DNA of 34,482 nucleotides. Origin: an uncultured Ornithinicoccus sp. (lineage in GTDB: Bacteria; Actinomycetota; Actinomycetes; Actinomycetales; Dermatophilaceae). How positions within the stretch are numbered: position 1 is the stretch's first letter; every line of letters starts with the position of its first letter. The stretch spans positions 1 through 34,482 of the forward strand of contig CAYRLV010000001.1 in the NCBI GenBank assembly GCA_964425155.1. The letters run 5' to 3'. The notes beneath the pieces are model-generated. The model was not told where the DNA came from, searched no databases, and saw only the letters and a program-made list of their open reading frames with translations. Of the stretch, positions 1 through 10,084 are shown piece after piece. The translations under genes and the position numbers were made by a program.

Positions 1-2
1 TG

Positions 3-1151
3 ATCGTGCACTTCGTCGAGACCATGACCGGTGTGCAGGCCGTGCAGGCCTACCGTCGGGAGCGCCGCAACCAGGACATCTTCGAGGACGTCACCGAGCA
101 GTACCAGGACGCGAACGAGCGGTCCTTCAAGCTGGTCGCGGTGTTCATGCCGTGCATCAAGCTGGTCGGCAACGTGACCATGGGCGTCGTCATCATCTAC
201 GGCGGCTGGCGGGTCTACCACGGCGACATGACGGTCGGGGTGCTGACCGCGTTCCTGCTCTACCTGCGGATGTTCTTCGAGCCGATGCAGGAGATCTCGC
301 AGTTCTACAACGGTTTCCAGTCCGCCTCCGCCGCCTTGGAGAAGCTCTCCGGTGTCCTCGAGGAGGAGCCGGCGGTCGGCGACCCCGAGCAGCCCACGGC
401 GATGGCCACGAGCCGCGGCGAGGTCGTCTTCGACGGGGTCGAGTTCGCCTACACGCCGGAGGCGCCGGTCCTGCCGCACCTCGACCTGACCGTCCCGGCC
501 GGGCAGACCGTGGCCCTGGTCGGCACCACCGGCGCCGGCAAGACCACGATCGCCAAGCTCATCGCCCGGTTCTACGACCCGGTGGAGGGTGCGGTCCGGC
601 TCGACGGCGTCGACCTGCGCGACCTCGACGACGAGACGCTGCGCCGGCACGTGGTGATGGTCACCCAGGAGAACTTCATGTTCGACGGCACCGTCGCCGA
701 CAACATCCGGTTCGGCAAGCCGGACGCCACGGACGCGGAGGTGGAGGCGGCGGCCCGCGCGGTCGGTGCGCACGACTTCGTGTCCGTGCTGCCGGACGGT
801 TACGCCACCGACGTCGGCAAGCGCGGTGGGCGGTTCTCGGCAGGTCAGCGGCAGCTGATCACCTTCGCCCGGGCGTTCCTGGCCGATCCGGCGGTGCTCA
901 TCCTCGACGAGGCGACCTCCAGCCTCGACGTTCCCAGCGAGCGGCTGGTGCAGCAGGCCCTGCGGACCGTGCTGGCCGACCGGACCGCGCTGATCATCGC
1001 CCACCGCCTCAGCACGGTGGAGATCGCCGACCGCGTGCTGGTGCTCGAGCACGGCCGGATCCTCGAGGACGGCAGCCCGAGCGAGCTGATCGGCGCCGAC
1101 GGCGGCCGGTACGCGGCGCTGCACCAGGCCTGGCAGGACTCGCTCGCCTGA
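3..1151 (+). CDS. ABC transporter fused permease/ATP-binding protein (exporter type), 5'-truncated by window edge
   Basis: TM segments followed by Walker A GTTGAGKT, signature FSAGQRQ, Walker [10 protein letters not shown]-loop IAHRLST. Confidence 0.95.
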   Translation: MVHFVETMTGVQAVQAYRRERRNQDIFEDVTEQYQDANERSFKLVAVFMPCIKLVGNVTMGVVIIYGGWRVYHGDMTVGVLTAFLLYLRMFFEPMQEISQFYNGFQSASAALEKLSGVLEEEPAVGDPEQPTAMATSRGEVVFDGVEFAYTPEAPVLPHLDLTVPAGQTVALVGTTGAGKTTIAKLIARFYDPVEGAVRLDGVDLRDLDDETLRRHVVMVTQENFMFDGTVADNIRFGKPDATDAEVEAAARAVGAHDFVSVLPDGYATDVGKRGGRFSAGQRQLITFARAFLADPAVLILDEATSSLDVPSERLVQQALRTVLADRTALIIAHRLSTVEIADRVLVLEHGRILEDGSPSELIGADGGRYAALHQAWQDSLA

Positions 1152-1154
1152 CTG

Positions 1155-1221
1155 CCGTTGCGAAAGGTTGTTGGAGTCGAGGCGGTTTCGCCCGACCAAG
1201 GGCAACAACCATTCGCAGCGG
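1155..1221. repeat. REP-like long inverted repeat between convergent genes
   Basis: CCGTTGCGAAAGGTTGTTG (1155-1173) vs CAACAACCATTCGCAGCGG (1203-1221): 17/19 complementary, with a small inner hairpin. Confidence 0.65.
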
Positions 1222-1248
1222 GTGGGGGAGGGAGCCGAGTATGGCGGG

Positions 1249-2262
1249 TCAGGTCGCCTGGGCGGCGGCGAGCAGGTCGCGTTCCTCGTCGTCGGTGAGC
1301 CCGGCGCCGGGCCCCACCACGCGGCCCGGCTCGACGGTGCTGCCGCGCACCCACGCCAGCCCGTCCGCGAGGGTGTCGGCGAGCGGGCGCAGCCGCAGCC
1401 CCGCGGCCACGGCGGCGCCGACGTCGCGGGCGGCGAACCCCGCATACTCGGGCAGCGGCAGCCACAGGGGAAGTGACCGGGGCCCGGCCCACGGCTCGAC
1501 CTCGTGCTCGACCAGCCAGTCCTGTCCGACCGGCACGAGCGGCCCGGTGTGCCCGGCAACGCGCCGAGCCGCGTCCAGGTGCTCCGGGAGCGGGATGCTC
1601 TCGCCCGAGACGTTGTAGGCCCCCGCCACCCGTTCCTGGGCGCAGTGCACCAGCCAGGCCGCCAGGTCCCGCACGTCGATGATCTGGCTGGCCAGGTCGG
1701 GCGTGTCGGGCACCAGCACCGCACCGTCGGCGGAGGCCGGGGCCGCGAATCGCGCCGGCCAGTACGTGGTGCGGCCGCTGTGGTCGCCGGGGCCGCCGAT
1801 CAGCCCGGCGCGTGCCAGGGTGCAGTGCTGCTCACCCACGGCCTCGCGGAGGAGGGTTTCGCAGCCGACCTTCGCCTCGCCATACGTCTCCCGCTCGGCG
1901 GTGTCCGACTCGAGGGCGGGCAGGAGGGGCGCGGTCTCGTCCGCCCCCGGGGTGTCGTGGCCGGCGTAGACCGAGCAGGACGACACGTAGACCCAGTGAC
2001 CGACCCTCCCGGCCAGCGCGGCGGTCGCGGAGCGCACGAAGCCGGGCTGCCAGGTCACGTCGACCACGGCGTCCCAGGTCTGCGTGCTCACCTCGGCGTA
2101 GGCCTCGGGTCGCGTGCGGTCGGCACGGACCAGGGTGGCGCCGGTCGGGACACCACCGGCCTCGCCCCGCGCGAGGCAGGTGACCTCGTGACCACGGTCG
2201 AGAGCGGTGCGGGCGAGGTGGCCGCCGAGCCAGGCCGTGCCACCGAGGATGAGGATGCGCAT
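1249..2262 (-). CDS. NAD-dependent epimerase/dehydratase (extended SDR)
   Basis: MRILILGGTAWLG Rossmann start, YVSSCSVY, catalytic YGEAK; start set at ATG 2262. Confidence 0.88.
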   Translation of the reverse strand: MRILILGGTAWLGGHLARTALDRGHEVTCLARGEAGGVPTGATLVRADRTRPEAYAEVSTQTWDAVVDVTWQPGFVRSATAALAGRVGHWVYVSSCSVYAGHDTPGADETAPLLPALESDTAERETYGEAKVGCETLLREAVGEQHCTLARAGLIGGPGDHSGRTTYWPARFAAPASADGAVLVPDTPDLASQIIDVRDLAAWLVHCAQERVAGAYNVSGESIPLPEHLDAARRVAGHTGPLVPVGQDWLVEHEVEPWAGPRSLPLWLPLPEYAGFAARDVGAAVAAGLRLRPLADTLADGLAWVRGSTVEPGRVVGPGAGLTDDEERDLLAAAQAT

Positions 2263-2333
2263 GCCGACCACCCCATCACGACACGGCCGGAGGAGACACG
2301 CGACTTCGCCGAGCGCAGAACCGGGGCCGGCTC

Positions 2334-2346
2334 TAGAGTGAGTTCA
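2334..2346 (+). promoter_or_regulatory. -10 element for leaderless pafA transcript
   Basis: TAGAGT, 6 nt, ATG; no SD next to the start. Confidence 0.65.
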
Positions 2347-3707
2347 TGGACCGGCGGATCTTCGGCATCGAGAACGAGTACGGCGTCACGTGCACGTTCG
2401 AGGGACAACGCCGACTGACGCCGGACGAGGTGGCCCGCTACCTGTTCCGCAAGGTGGTCTCGTGGGGGCGGTCCAGCAACGTGTTCCTCGCCAACGGCGC
2501 CCGCCTCTACCTCGACGTGGGCAGCCACCCGGAGTACGCCACGCCGGAGTGCGACGACGTGCGCCAGGTGGTGATCCACGACAAGGCGGGGGAGCGGGTG
2601 GTCGAGGGGCTGGTCGACGACGCGCAGGCCCGGATCACCGAGGAGGGCGTGGCCGGGCAGATCTACGTCTTCAAGAACAACACCGACTCGGCGGGCAACT
2701 CCTACGGCTGCCACGAGAACTACCTGGTCGGCCGGCAGGGGGAGTTCTCCCGGATCTCCGACATCCTCATCCCGTTCCTGGTCAGCCGGCAGCTGACCTG
2801 CGGCGCCGGCAAGATCGTCACGGTCGGGCGGGCTCCGACCTACTCGCTCAGCCAGCGGGCCGACCACATCTGGGAGGGCGTGTCGAGCGCCACGACCCGG
2901 TCCCGGCCGATCATCAACACCCGCGACGAGCCGCACGCCGACGCGGAGAAGTTCCGCCGCCTGCACGTCATCGTCGGCGACTCCAACATGAGCGAGACGA
3001 CGACGATGCTCAAGGTCGGCTCGGCCGACCTGGTGCTGCGGATGATCGAGGCCGGCGTGGTCATGCGTGACCTGACCCTCGAGAACCCGATCCGGGCCAT
3101 CCGCGACATCAGCCACGACATGACCGGGCGGCACACCGTGCGGCTGGCCAACGGGCGGGAGATGTCCGCGCTCGACCTGCAGAGCGAGTACTTCGAGAAG
3201 GCAGCGGCGTTCGCCGACCGGGAGGGCCTCGACGACCCGACCGCCAAGAGTGTCCTCGACCTGTGGGAGCGCACCCTGACCGCGGTGCAGACCGACGACC
3301 TGTCCGGCGTCGACACCGAGATCGACTGGGTGATGAAGTACCAGCTGCTGCGGCGCTACGCCGAGCGGCACCACCTCGAGCTCGACGATCCCCGGATGCT
3401 GCAGATCGACCTCGCCTACCACGACATCAACCGCGAGCGTGGCCTGTTCTACCTGTGGCAGCGGCGCGGCAAGACCGCGCGGGTGTGCACCGACCTGGAG
3501 ATCTTCGAGGCCAAGTCGGTGCCTCCGCAGACGACCCGCGCCAAGCTGCGCGGCGACTTCATCCGGGCCGCGCAGGAGCACCGGCGCGACTTCACCGTCG
3601 ACTGGGTGCACCTCAAGCTCAACGACCAGGCCCAGCGCACGGTGTTGTGCAAGGACCCGTTCGCCTCCGTGGACGCCCGGGTCGCCCGGCTGATCGACAG
3701 CATGTAG
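2346..3707 (+). CDS. pafA: Pup--protein ligase
   Basis: [62 protein letters not shown]-terminal DPF; upstream of FKBP-pafBC-tat. Confidence 0.98.
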   Translation: MDRRIFGIENEYGVTCTFEGQRRLTPDEVARYLFRKVVSWGRSSNVFLANGARLYLDVGSHPEYATPECDDVRQVVIHDKAGERVVEGLVDDAQARITEEGVAGQIYVFKNNTDSAGNSYGCHENYLVGRQGEFSRISDILIPFLVSRQLTCGAGKIVTVGRAPTYSLSQRADHIWEGVSSATTRSRPIINTRDEPHADAEKFRRLHVIVGDSNMSETTTMLKVGSADLVLRMIEAGVVMRDLTLENPIRAIRDISHDMTGRHTVRLANGREMSALDLQSEYFEKAAAFADREGLDDPTAKSVLDLWERTLTAVQTDDLSGVDTEIDWVMKYQLLRRYAERHHLELDDPRMLQIDLAYHDINRERGLFYLWQRRGKTARVCTDLEIFEAKSVPPQTTRAKLRGDFIRAAQEHRRDFTVDWVHLKLNDQAQRTVLCKDPFASVDARVARLIDSM

Positions 3708-3805
3708 CGGGCCGGGCGCCGCCTCGGGCGGGCGTTTGGGAAGTCCACAGGAACGGCGGTTATCGTGAGCGCCGGCAGCTCCCTACCGACCGAAGGCTTC
3801 CTCGC

Positions 3806-4807
3806 GTGCACCTCAACCGACACCGCTGGCTCGCCGCCGCGGCCCTTCCCCTGCTCCTCGTCGCCGGATGCAGCTCAGGCAACCCCGAGAGCGGCTCCAC
3901 CGCCGATCCGACGGACACCACCACGGCCACGGCCGGCGGGTCGAGCCCCACGACGAAGAGCAGCCCGCTGACCGACCTGGTGGTCAGCAGCAAGGGCAAG
4001 ACCGGGCCGTCCATCAAGCTCAAGCACAAGCCGTTCTCCGTCGCGCAGACCGAGACGAAGGTGGTCTCGGACGGCTCGGGCGCGGACGTCACCAAGGACC
4101 AGACGCTCACCGTCAACTACCTCATCGTCAACGGCGCCAACGGCAAGCAGTTGGAGAGCAACTACGGCAAGAGCGCCGCCACGTTGGACCTGGCGGACAA
4201 GTCGCTCCTGCCCGGACTCGTCAAGGGGCTGCCGGGGCAGAAGGTCGGGTCGAAGGTCGTCGTCGCGGTGCCGCCGGCGGACGCCTTCGGCGCCAACGGC
4301 AACTCCCAGCTGGGTGTGGGCGGTGACGACACGCTGCTGTTCTACGTCGAGATCAAGAAGGCGAGCACGCCGCTCAGCAAGGCCACCGGCACGAAGGTCG
4401 CCCCCAAGCCCGGCCTGCCCAAGGTCACGTACCGCGACGACAAGCCGGCGCAGATCACCATCCCGAAGAAGAAGGACGCCCCGAAGGACCTGGTGGTCCA
4501 GCCCCTGATCAAGGGCAAGGGCGCCAAGGTGAAGTCCGGGCAGTTCGTCAAGGTCAACTACACCGGCGTGCTCTGGCGCAACGGCAAGGTGTTCGACTCC
4601 AGCATGGGTCGTGGTCCCTTCTCGTTCCAGGTCGACGGGCCCCAGGGCGTGATCTCCGGCTGGAACAAGGCCGTGACGGGTCAGCCGGTCGGCAGCCGGC
4701 TGCTCGTCGTGGTGCCTCCGGACGAGGGCTACGGCAAGAAGGGTCGCGGGCAGATCAAGGGCACCGACACCATGGTGTTCGTGATCGACATCCTGGCCGC
4801 CAACTGA
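3806..4807 (+). CDS. FKBP-type peptidyl-prolyl isomerase, two-domain lipoprotein
   Basis: Signal peptide with lipobox VAGC after GTG 3806, Thr/Ser-rich linker, two FKBP domains (VNYTG..FDSS, VISGW, GYG); the ORF extension to 3263 overlaps pafA and is rejected. Confidence 0.88.
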   Translation: MHLNRHRWLAAAALPLLLVAGCSSGNPESGSTADPTDTTTATAGGSSPTTKSSPLTDLVVSSKGKTGPSIKLKHKPFSVAQTETKVVSDGSGADVTKDQTLTVNYLIVNGANGKQLESNYGKSAATLDLADKSLLPGLVKGLPGQKVGSKVVVAVPPADAFGANGNSQLGVGGDDTLLFYVEIKKASTPLSKATGTKVAPKPGLPKVTYRDDKPAQITIPKKKDAPKDLVVQPLIKGKGAKVKSGQFVKVNYTGVLWRNGKVFDSSMGRGPFSFQVDGPQGVISGWNKAVTGQPVGSRLLVVVPPDEGYGKKGRGQIKGTDTMVFVIDILAAN

Positions 4808-4848
4808 CCCGCACCCACCCGACCGTCGGCCCCGACGAAAGGCAGAGC

Positions 4849-5235
4849 ATGGGCTTCGACCCCGACACGACCAAGCCGGAGATCGACTTCCCCGGTGAGA
4901 CCCCGCCGACCGAGCTGGTCGTCGAGGACGTCTGGGAGGGGGACGGCGCGGAGGCGAAGGCCGGCGACACGGTCACCGCGCACTACGTCGGCGTCGCCCA
5001 CTCGACCGGCGAGGAGTTCGACGCCTCGTGGAACCGTGGTCAGCCGCTGCAGTTCCGGCTCGGCGTCGGCCAGGTCATCCGCGGCTGGGACGACGGCATG
5101 GCCGGGATGAAGGTCGGCGGCCGGCGCAAGCTGACGATTCCGCCGTCGCTCGGCTACGGCGACCGCGGTGCGGGGCAGGCGATCCGGCCGGGTGAGTCAC
5201 TGATCTTCGTGGTCGACCTGGTCGACGTCCGCTGA
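4849..5235 (+). CDS. FKBP-type peptidyl-prolyl isomerase (cytoplasmic)
   Basis: HYVG..EEFDASWNRG, VIRGWD, GGRRKLTIPPSLGYG, LIFVVDL; SD AAAGG. Confidence 0.96.
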   Translation: MGFDPDTTKPEIDFPGETPPTELVVEDVWEGDGAEAKAGDTVTAHYVGVAHSTGEEFDASWNRGQPLQFRLGVGQVIRGWDDGMAGMKVGGRRKLTIPPSLGYGDRGAGQAIRPGESLIFVVDLVDVR

Positions 5236-6330
5236 CCCCGGGACGAGGGTGGCGGCGTGCCGGCCCGCGGCGGCCGCCGCGACGAACGACGCGCGGTCCT
5301 GCGCCGGGCCCCGGCCCATGGTGGACAGCGGCACGGGGCATCCCGCGAGCGCCTCGTCGAGGCCGTCGACCCCGATCTCGTATGCGGTGAGCCTCCCGCC
5401 GCTGCCCCGCACCAGCCGCTCCACGGCCTCCCGCAGGTCCGCCCCGAAGGTGCCGGGGAGCACCGGCACCGGCAGGTCCGCGGGCACCAGGGCCACTCGG
5501 CCGTAGGCCGTCTCGCTGTGGTGGGACAGCCCGCGGTGGCGGGCGCGCGGGTCCGCCTCGGAGACCCGCAGGGCGGCGACCGCGCGACCGCCGAGGGTGA
5601 CCGTGGCGTTGACCGCCTCACCCGCGCTCACCCCGGAGAAGCCCCAGCGGGTGCCGGTGCCGAGGTTGCCCGGCCCCTGGGCGACCACGACCGCGTCCGC
5701 GGCCAGCAGGTGCCGGGCGGCCAGCAGCCCGGTGTGCACGGTGACGGCCTCCAGGTCGCCGCCGAAGGCCTGGCCGACGGTGACCGTGCCGGCCAGCCAG
5801 CCGGCCTCCCGCAGGCCCGACACGGTGCGCGAGAAGGCGGCCGGCAGGGCACCGCCGTCGGTCATGACGTGGACGACGCGAGCCCCCGGCAGGCGTTGCC
5901 GCAGGCCGGCCAGCACCGCCGGGAGCGCCGAGTGGAGGTCGGCGACCACCACCGGCATCCCGTCGACCGCGTCGGCCTCCCGCAGCGCCTCGTGGTGCGG
6001 GCTCTCCTGCTCGTCGACGCCGAGCACCATCGCCTGCAACGGCGTGTAGCGGGCCTTGACCAGGTGACCCGGCCCCTGCGGGGGATCGTCCGGCAGCCGG
6101 TCCGGCACCGCGACCACCAGGGCGAGGCCGCCGGTGCCCAGGCCGCGGTCGAGCGCGGTGACGTTGAGCAGCACCTCATCGCCCTCGCGCGGCGTCCCGA
6201 CCAGCTCGGGGTAGGCGAGGGCGGGCACCTCGCGGGCGTCGCCCACGGTGGTGAGCTGCACGGCATACACGACGGCGCGCCCCCAGCGGGACTGCTCCCG
6301 CAGGACCACACCCCTGCGCCATCGGATCAC
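5197..6330 (-). CDS. DUF3866-like protein of unknown function
   Basis: Motifs LGTGG, GHLVKARYTPLQ, DLHSAL, MTDGGALP, GQAFGGDLEAV, QGPGNLGTGTRWGFSG, RHRGLSHHS; start GTG 6330 inferred from TAGTGT -10 7 nt upstream. Confidence 0.8.
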   Translation of the reverse strand: MIRWRRGVVLREQSRWGRAVVYAVQLTTVGDAREVPALAYPELVGTPREGDEVLLNVTALDRGLGTGGLALVVAVPDRLPDDPPQGPGHLVKARYTPLQAMVLGVDEQESPHHEALREADAVDGMPVVVADLHSALPAVLAGLRQRLPGARVVHVMTDGGALPAAFSRTVSGLREAGWLAGTVTVGQAFGGDLEAVTVHTGLLAARHLLAADAVVVAQGPGNLGTGTRWGFSGVSAGEAVNATVTLGGRAVAALRVSEADPRARHRGLSHHSETAYGRVALVPADLPVPVLPGTFGADLREAVERLVRGSGGRLTAYEIGVDGLDEALAGCPVPLSTMGRGPAQDRASFVAAAAAGRHAATLVPGSADVDQVDHEDQ

Positions 6331-6371
6331 GTCGTGCACACTAGCCCGGTGAGAAACTTCGCGGAGGCCGC

Positions 6372-7376
6372 ATGACACCGGCACCGGGGTCCTCTGCGTC
6401 CGCCAAGACCGAGCGCCTGCTCAACCTGGTGATCTGCCTGCTCTACACCAGGCAGCCGCTGTCGAAGGCCCGGATCCGGGAGGCGGTGCCGCAGTACGGC
6501 CAGACCGCGTCCACGGAGGCGTTCGACCGGATGTTCGAGCGGGACAAGGACGAGCTGCGCGACCTGGGCATCCCGCTCAAGACCGAGCCGCTCGACCCGT
6601 TCTTCGACGACGAGCCGGGCTACCGGATCGACCGACGGGAGTACGCCCTGCCCGAGGTGTCGTTCGCCCCGGACGAGCTGGCGGTCCTCGGGCTGGCCAG
6701 CCGGGCCTGGCAGCAGGCCAGCCTGGGCGCGCCCGCGGCGGAGGCGCTGCGCAAGCTGTCCGCGGCGGACGTGGAGCGCGACGACGCGTCGCTGGTGGGG
6801 ATCGAGCCGCGGGTGCGGACCACCGAGCCGGCCTTCGAGGCGGTGCGGCAGGCGGTGCTGCGGCGGCAGCCGATCCGGTTCGACTACCGCACGTCCGGTT
6901 CGGGCCGGCGGGCGACCCGCCACCTGCAGCCGTGGGCGATGGCCTCGTGGCACGGCCGGTGGTACGTCACCGGGCACGACACCGACCGGGACGCCCCCCG
7001 CGTCTTCCGGCTCAGCCGGATCGAGGGCGCGGTCGCCACCGACGGCGAGCCGGAGTCGTATGACGTGCCGGAGGACCACGAGCCACGCGCCATGATCGAC
7101 ACCATGACCGACGACCGCCCGCCCCGCGACGCCCGGCTGCGGGTCCGCACCGGCGCCGGCAACACGGTGCGGCGCCGCGCGACCGCGACCGAGGAGATCG
7201 ACGACCAGTGGTCACGCCTGCGGGTCGCCTTCACCGACGCGGAGGCGTTCGCGGACGAGCTCGCGGGCTTCGGCCCGGCCGTGGTGGTCGAGGAGCCGGA
7301 CGAGCTGGTGGACGCGGTCCTGCGGCGGTTGACGGGCGTGGTGGCGGCCACGGGAGCGACGAGGACCTCAGGATGA
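6372..7376 (+). CDS. pafB: wHTH-WYL transcriptional regulator PafB
   Basis: KTERLLNLVICLL, RMFERDKDELRDLGIP, WYV..FRLSRI WYL domain; SD GGAGG. Confidence 0.93.
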   Translation: MTPAPGSSASAKTERLLNLVICLLYTRQPLSKARIREAVPQYGQTASTEAFDRMFERDKDELRDLGIPLKTEPLDPFFDDEPGYRIDRREYALPEVSFAPDELAVLGLASRAWQQASLGAPAAEALRKLSAADVERDDASLVGIEPRVRTTEPAFEAVRQAVLRRQPIRFDYRTSGSGRRATRHLQPWAMASWHGRWYVTGHDTDRDAPRVFRLSRIEGAVATDGEPESYDVPEDHEPRAMIDTMTDDRPPRDARLRVRTGAGNTVRRRATATEEIDDQWSRLRVAFTDAEAFADELAGFGPAVVVEEPDELVDAVLRRLTGVVAATGATRTSG

Positions 7377-8380
7377 CGCGCACGAGGGCGCACGAGTCGG
7401 CGACGGGGCGGTTGTCCCGGCTGCTGACCATGGTGCCGTGGCTGCTCAACCGGCAGGGCATCGACATCGAGCAGGCGGCGGCCGAGCTGGGCGTCTCATC
7501 CGAGCAGATCGAGGCCGACCTGCAGCTGCTGTTCGTGTGCGGCACGCCGGGTCACCTGCCGGACGACCTGATCGAGGCCGACTGGGAGAGCGGTCGGGTC
7601 TACCTCGGCAACGCCGACGTCATCGCCCGGCCGCTGCGGCTGGGCGTGGACGAGGCCCTGACCCTCATCGTGGGACTGCGGACCCTGGCCTCGGTGCCGG
7701 GGATCGGTGACCGCGACGCGATCGACCGGGCGCTGGCCAAGCTGGAGGAGGCCACCGGCGCCGCCGCCGGGGCGAGCGCGCGGGTGCAGGTGTCCATCGA
7801 CGAGGGCGTGGAGGCCGAGACCCTCCGGCAACTGCGCGAGGCCCTCGCGGCGCGGCGCAGGGTGCACCTGCGCTACCTCGTGGCCGCCCGTGACGAGGCG
7901 ACCGAGCGCGACGTCGACCCGATGCGGGTGCTCAACATCGACGCGACCTGGTACCTCGAGGCGTGGTGCCATCGCGCCGAGGACGTGCGGCTGTTCCGGC
8001 TCGACCGGATCGAGGCCCTCGAGGTGCTCGACGTGGACGGCACGCCACCGGAGCATGCCCGACCGCGTGAGCTCGACGCCGGGGTGTTCACCCCGTCGCC
8101 GAGCGACCAGGTGGTGCGCCTGGCGCTGCGCCCCGAGGCGGCCTGGGTGAGCGACTACTACCCGGTCGAGCACGTGGAGCGGGCCGACGACGGGAGCCAG
8201 ACGGTCACCCTGCGCACCCCGGACACCGCGTGGCTGCGGCGGCTGGTCTGGCGTCTCGGGGGCGGGGCGACCGTGCTCGAGCCGCGCAGCCTGGCAGCCG
8301 AGGTCGAGGCGGGCGCCACGGCGGCCCTGGCCCTCTACGGCGACCGCGCCGCCGACCGCCACCAGACGGACGGCGGGTAG
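7373..8380 (+). CDS. pafC: wHTH-WYL transcriptional regulator PafC
   Basis: RLSRLLTMVPWL, CGTPGHLPDDLI, WYLEAWC..FRLDRI; ATGA overlap with pafB stop. Confidence 0.93.
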   Translation: MTRTRAHESATGRLSRLLTMVPWLLNRQGIDIEQAAAELGVSSEQIEADLQLLFVCGTPGHLPDDLIEADWESGRVYLGNADVIARPLRLGVDEALTLIVGLRTLASVPGIGDRDAIDRALAKLEEATGAAAGASARVQVSIDEGVEAETLRQLREALAARRRVHLRYLVAARDEATERDVDPMRVLNIDATWYLEAWCHRAEDVRLFRLDRIEALEVLDVDGTPPEHARPRELDAGVFTPSPSDQVVRLALRPEAAWVSDYYPVEHVERADDGSQTVTLRTPDTAWLRRLVWRLGGGATVLEPRSLAAEVEAGATAALALYGDRAADRHQTDGG

Positions 8381-8383
8381 ACC

Positions 8384-8704
8384 GTGTCGGTCTGGTGGTG
8401 GGTGCTCGTGTGGGTGCTCCTCGTGCTGTGCTCGCTCGCCTACCTGGCGTGGCGGCTCTGGGGCCTCTGGCGGCGGGCCAAGGCCCTCGGACGCGAGATC
8501 GCCACGGCGCAGGAGCGGCTCGACCGGGTCGAGGGCGAACTCGAGCAGCTGGGGGAGCAGGCGACCCGCCTGGAGGACCTGGCGGTGCTGTCCAACCCGA
8601 TCCAGGTGGCGATGGAGACCTCCCGGGTGCGGCAACACGGCCGCGCCGAACGGCAGCGACGGCGTGCTGCCTCCGCCCCGGCGTGGGCCAAGCACGTAGA
8701 CTAG
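8384..8704 (+). CDS. Small single-pass membrane protein with coiled coil
   Basis: Hydrophobic Trp-rich N-terminus then heptad-like charged helix; 3 nt after pafC stop. Confidence 0.75.
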   Translation: MSVWWWVLVWVLLVLCSLAYLAWRLWGLWRRAKALGREIATAQERLDRVEGELEQLGEQATRLEDLAVLSNPIQVAMETSRVRQHGRAERQRRRAASAPAWAKHVD

Positions 8705-8799
8705 ATCGACAATGAAGGTGAGGCGACACGGATCTGATCACCGCTCCCTCAGCGCTCCGCCAGACATCGATCGTCCAGACAGAAGGTAGGCATCACGTC

Positions 8800-9189
8800 A
8801 TGGGCATGTTCCGCAACCTGTTCGACAGCCCGGTGCACATCCTCATCCTGGTGCTGGTCATCGTCATCGTCTTCGGGTGGAAGCGCCTGCCGGACGCGGC
8901 CCGCAGCGTCGGCCGGTCGATGCGCATCTTCAAGTCCGAGGTCGAGGAGATGAAGGGCGACAAGGGCGGGCGCAGCGCGGCCAGCTCCGACACCGTCGAC
9001 GGTGACGTGGTGGACGACGCCGACAACGTGGACCAGCAGGCCAAGACGAAGGCGCGGCCCACCGACGGCGGTGCCACGGCTGCTGGCGGGAGCCCGCAGT
9101 CGAACGGCGGCCCGGCCGCGCCGGACCCGGGCGGGCGACAGGAGGCGAGCACGCCGGACTCGTCCGGCCAGCAGCGCCCCGGCGCCTGA
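8800..9189 (+). CDS. tatA: Sec-independent translocase TatA
   Basis: TM helix then [23 protein letters not shown]; directly upstream of tatC. Confidence 0.96.
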   Translation: MGMFRNLFDSPVHILILVLVIVIVFGWKRLPDAARSVGRSMRIFKSEVEEMKGDKGGRSAASSDTVDGDVVDDADNVDQQAKTKARPTDGGATAAGGSPQSNGGPAAPDPGGRQEASTPDSSGQQRPGA

Positions 9190-9220
9190 GCAGCACCGCA
9201 CCCCACCGCTTCCCTGACAC

Positions 9221-10030
9221 GTGGCCCTGCTGAGCCGGCGACGCAACCCCGAAGGGCGGATGTCGCTCGCCGACCACCTTCGCGAGCTCCGTCGGCGCGT
9301 CCTGTGGTCGGCGCTGGGCATCGTCGTCGGCGGCGTGGTCGGCTGGATCTACTACGACTGGCTCCTCGACCTGCTCACCGCACCGCTGGACGACATCCAG
9401 CGGATCCGCGGCGACAAGTCCATCGGGCTGAACTTCGGTGGCCTGACGCAGGCCTTCTCGGTGCAGCTGAAGGTCGCCCTCTTCGTGGGCATCATCGTGT
9501 CCAGCCCGGTGTGGCTCTACCAGATCTGGGCCTTCATCGTGCCCGGGCTGACCAAGCGCGAGCGGCGCACCGCGCTGGCCTTCATCGGCGCCGCCGTGCC
9601 GCTCTTCCTGGTCGGTTGCGGCCTGGCGCTGTGGACCATGCCCCGCGTGGTGGAGGTGCTCTACGGCTTCACACCCCCGGGCAGCTTCAACTTCACCAAC
9701 GCGTCCGACTACCTGACCTTCGTCACCCGGTTCATCCTGGCGTTCGGCCTGGCCTTCCTGCTCCCCGTGCTGCTCGTCGCGCTCAACGTGGCACACGTGC
9801 TGCCGGCGCGGGTGATGCTCAAGGGGTGGCGGGTCGCGGTGATGCTGATCTTCATCTTCGCGGCGCTGATGACGCCGACACCGGACGCGTGGACCATGCT
9901 CGTGCTCGCGCTGCCGATGGTCGGGCTGTTCTACCTCGCCGTCGGCGTGGCGGCCCTGCTGGACCGCCGGCGGGCCAGATCCGACCCGGACTGGAGCGAC
10001 CTGGACGACGACGAAGCCTCCCCGCTGTGA
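9221..10030 (+). CDS. tatC: Sec-independent translocase TatC
   Basis: MSLADHLRELRRR, PVWLYQIWAFIVPGL..ERR, TPTPD, multiple TM helices. Confidence 0.97.
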   Translation: MALLSRRRNPEGRMSLADHLRELRRRVLWSALGIVVGGVVGWIYYDWLLDLLTAPLDDIQRIRGDKSIGLNFGGLTQAFSVQLKVALFVGIIVSSPVWLYQIWAFIVPGLTKRERRTALAFIGAAVPLFLVGCGLALWTMPRVVEVLYGFTPPGSFNFTNASDYLTFVTRFILAFGLAFLLPVLLVALNVAHVLPARVMLKGWRVAVMLIFIFAALMTPTPDAWTMLVLALPMVGLFYLAVGVAALLDRRRARSDPDWSDLDDDEASPL

Positions 10031-10084
10031 CCTCACCCGGACGCAGGGCACGGGACTGATGGCACGGCACGAAGGTCACGGCAG

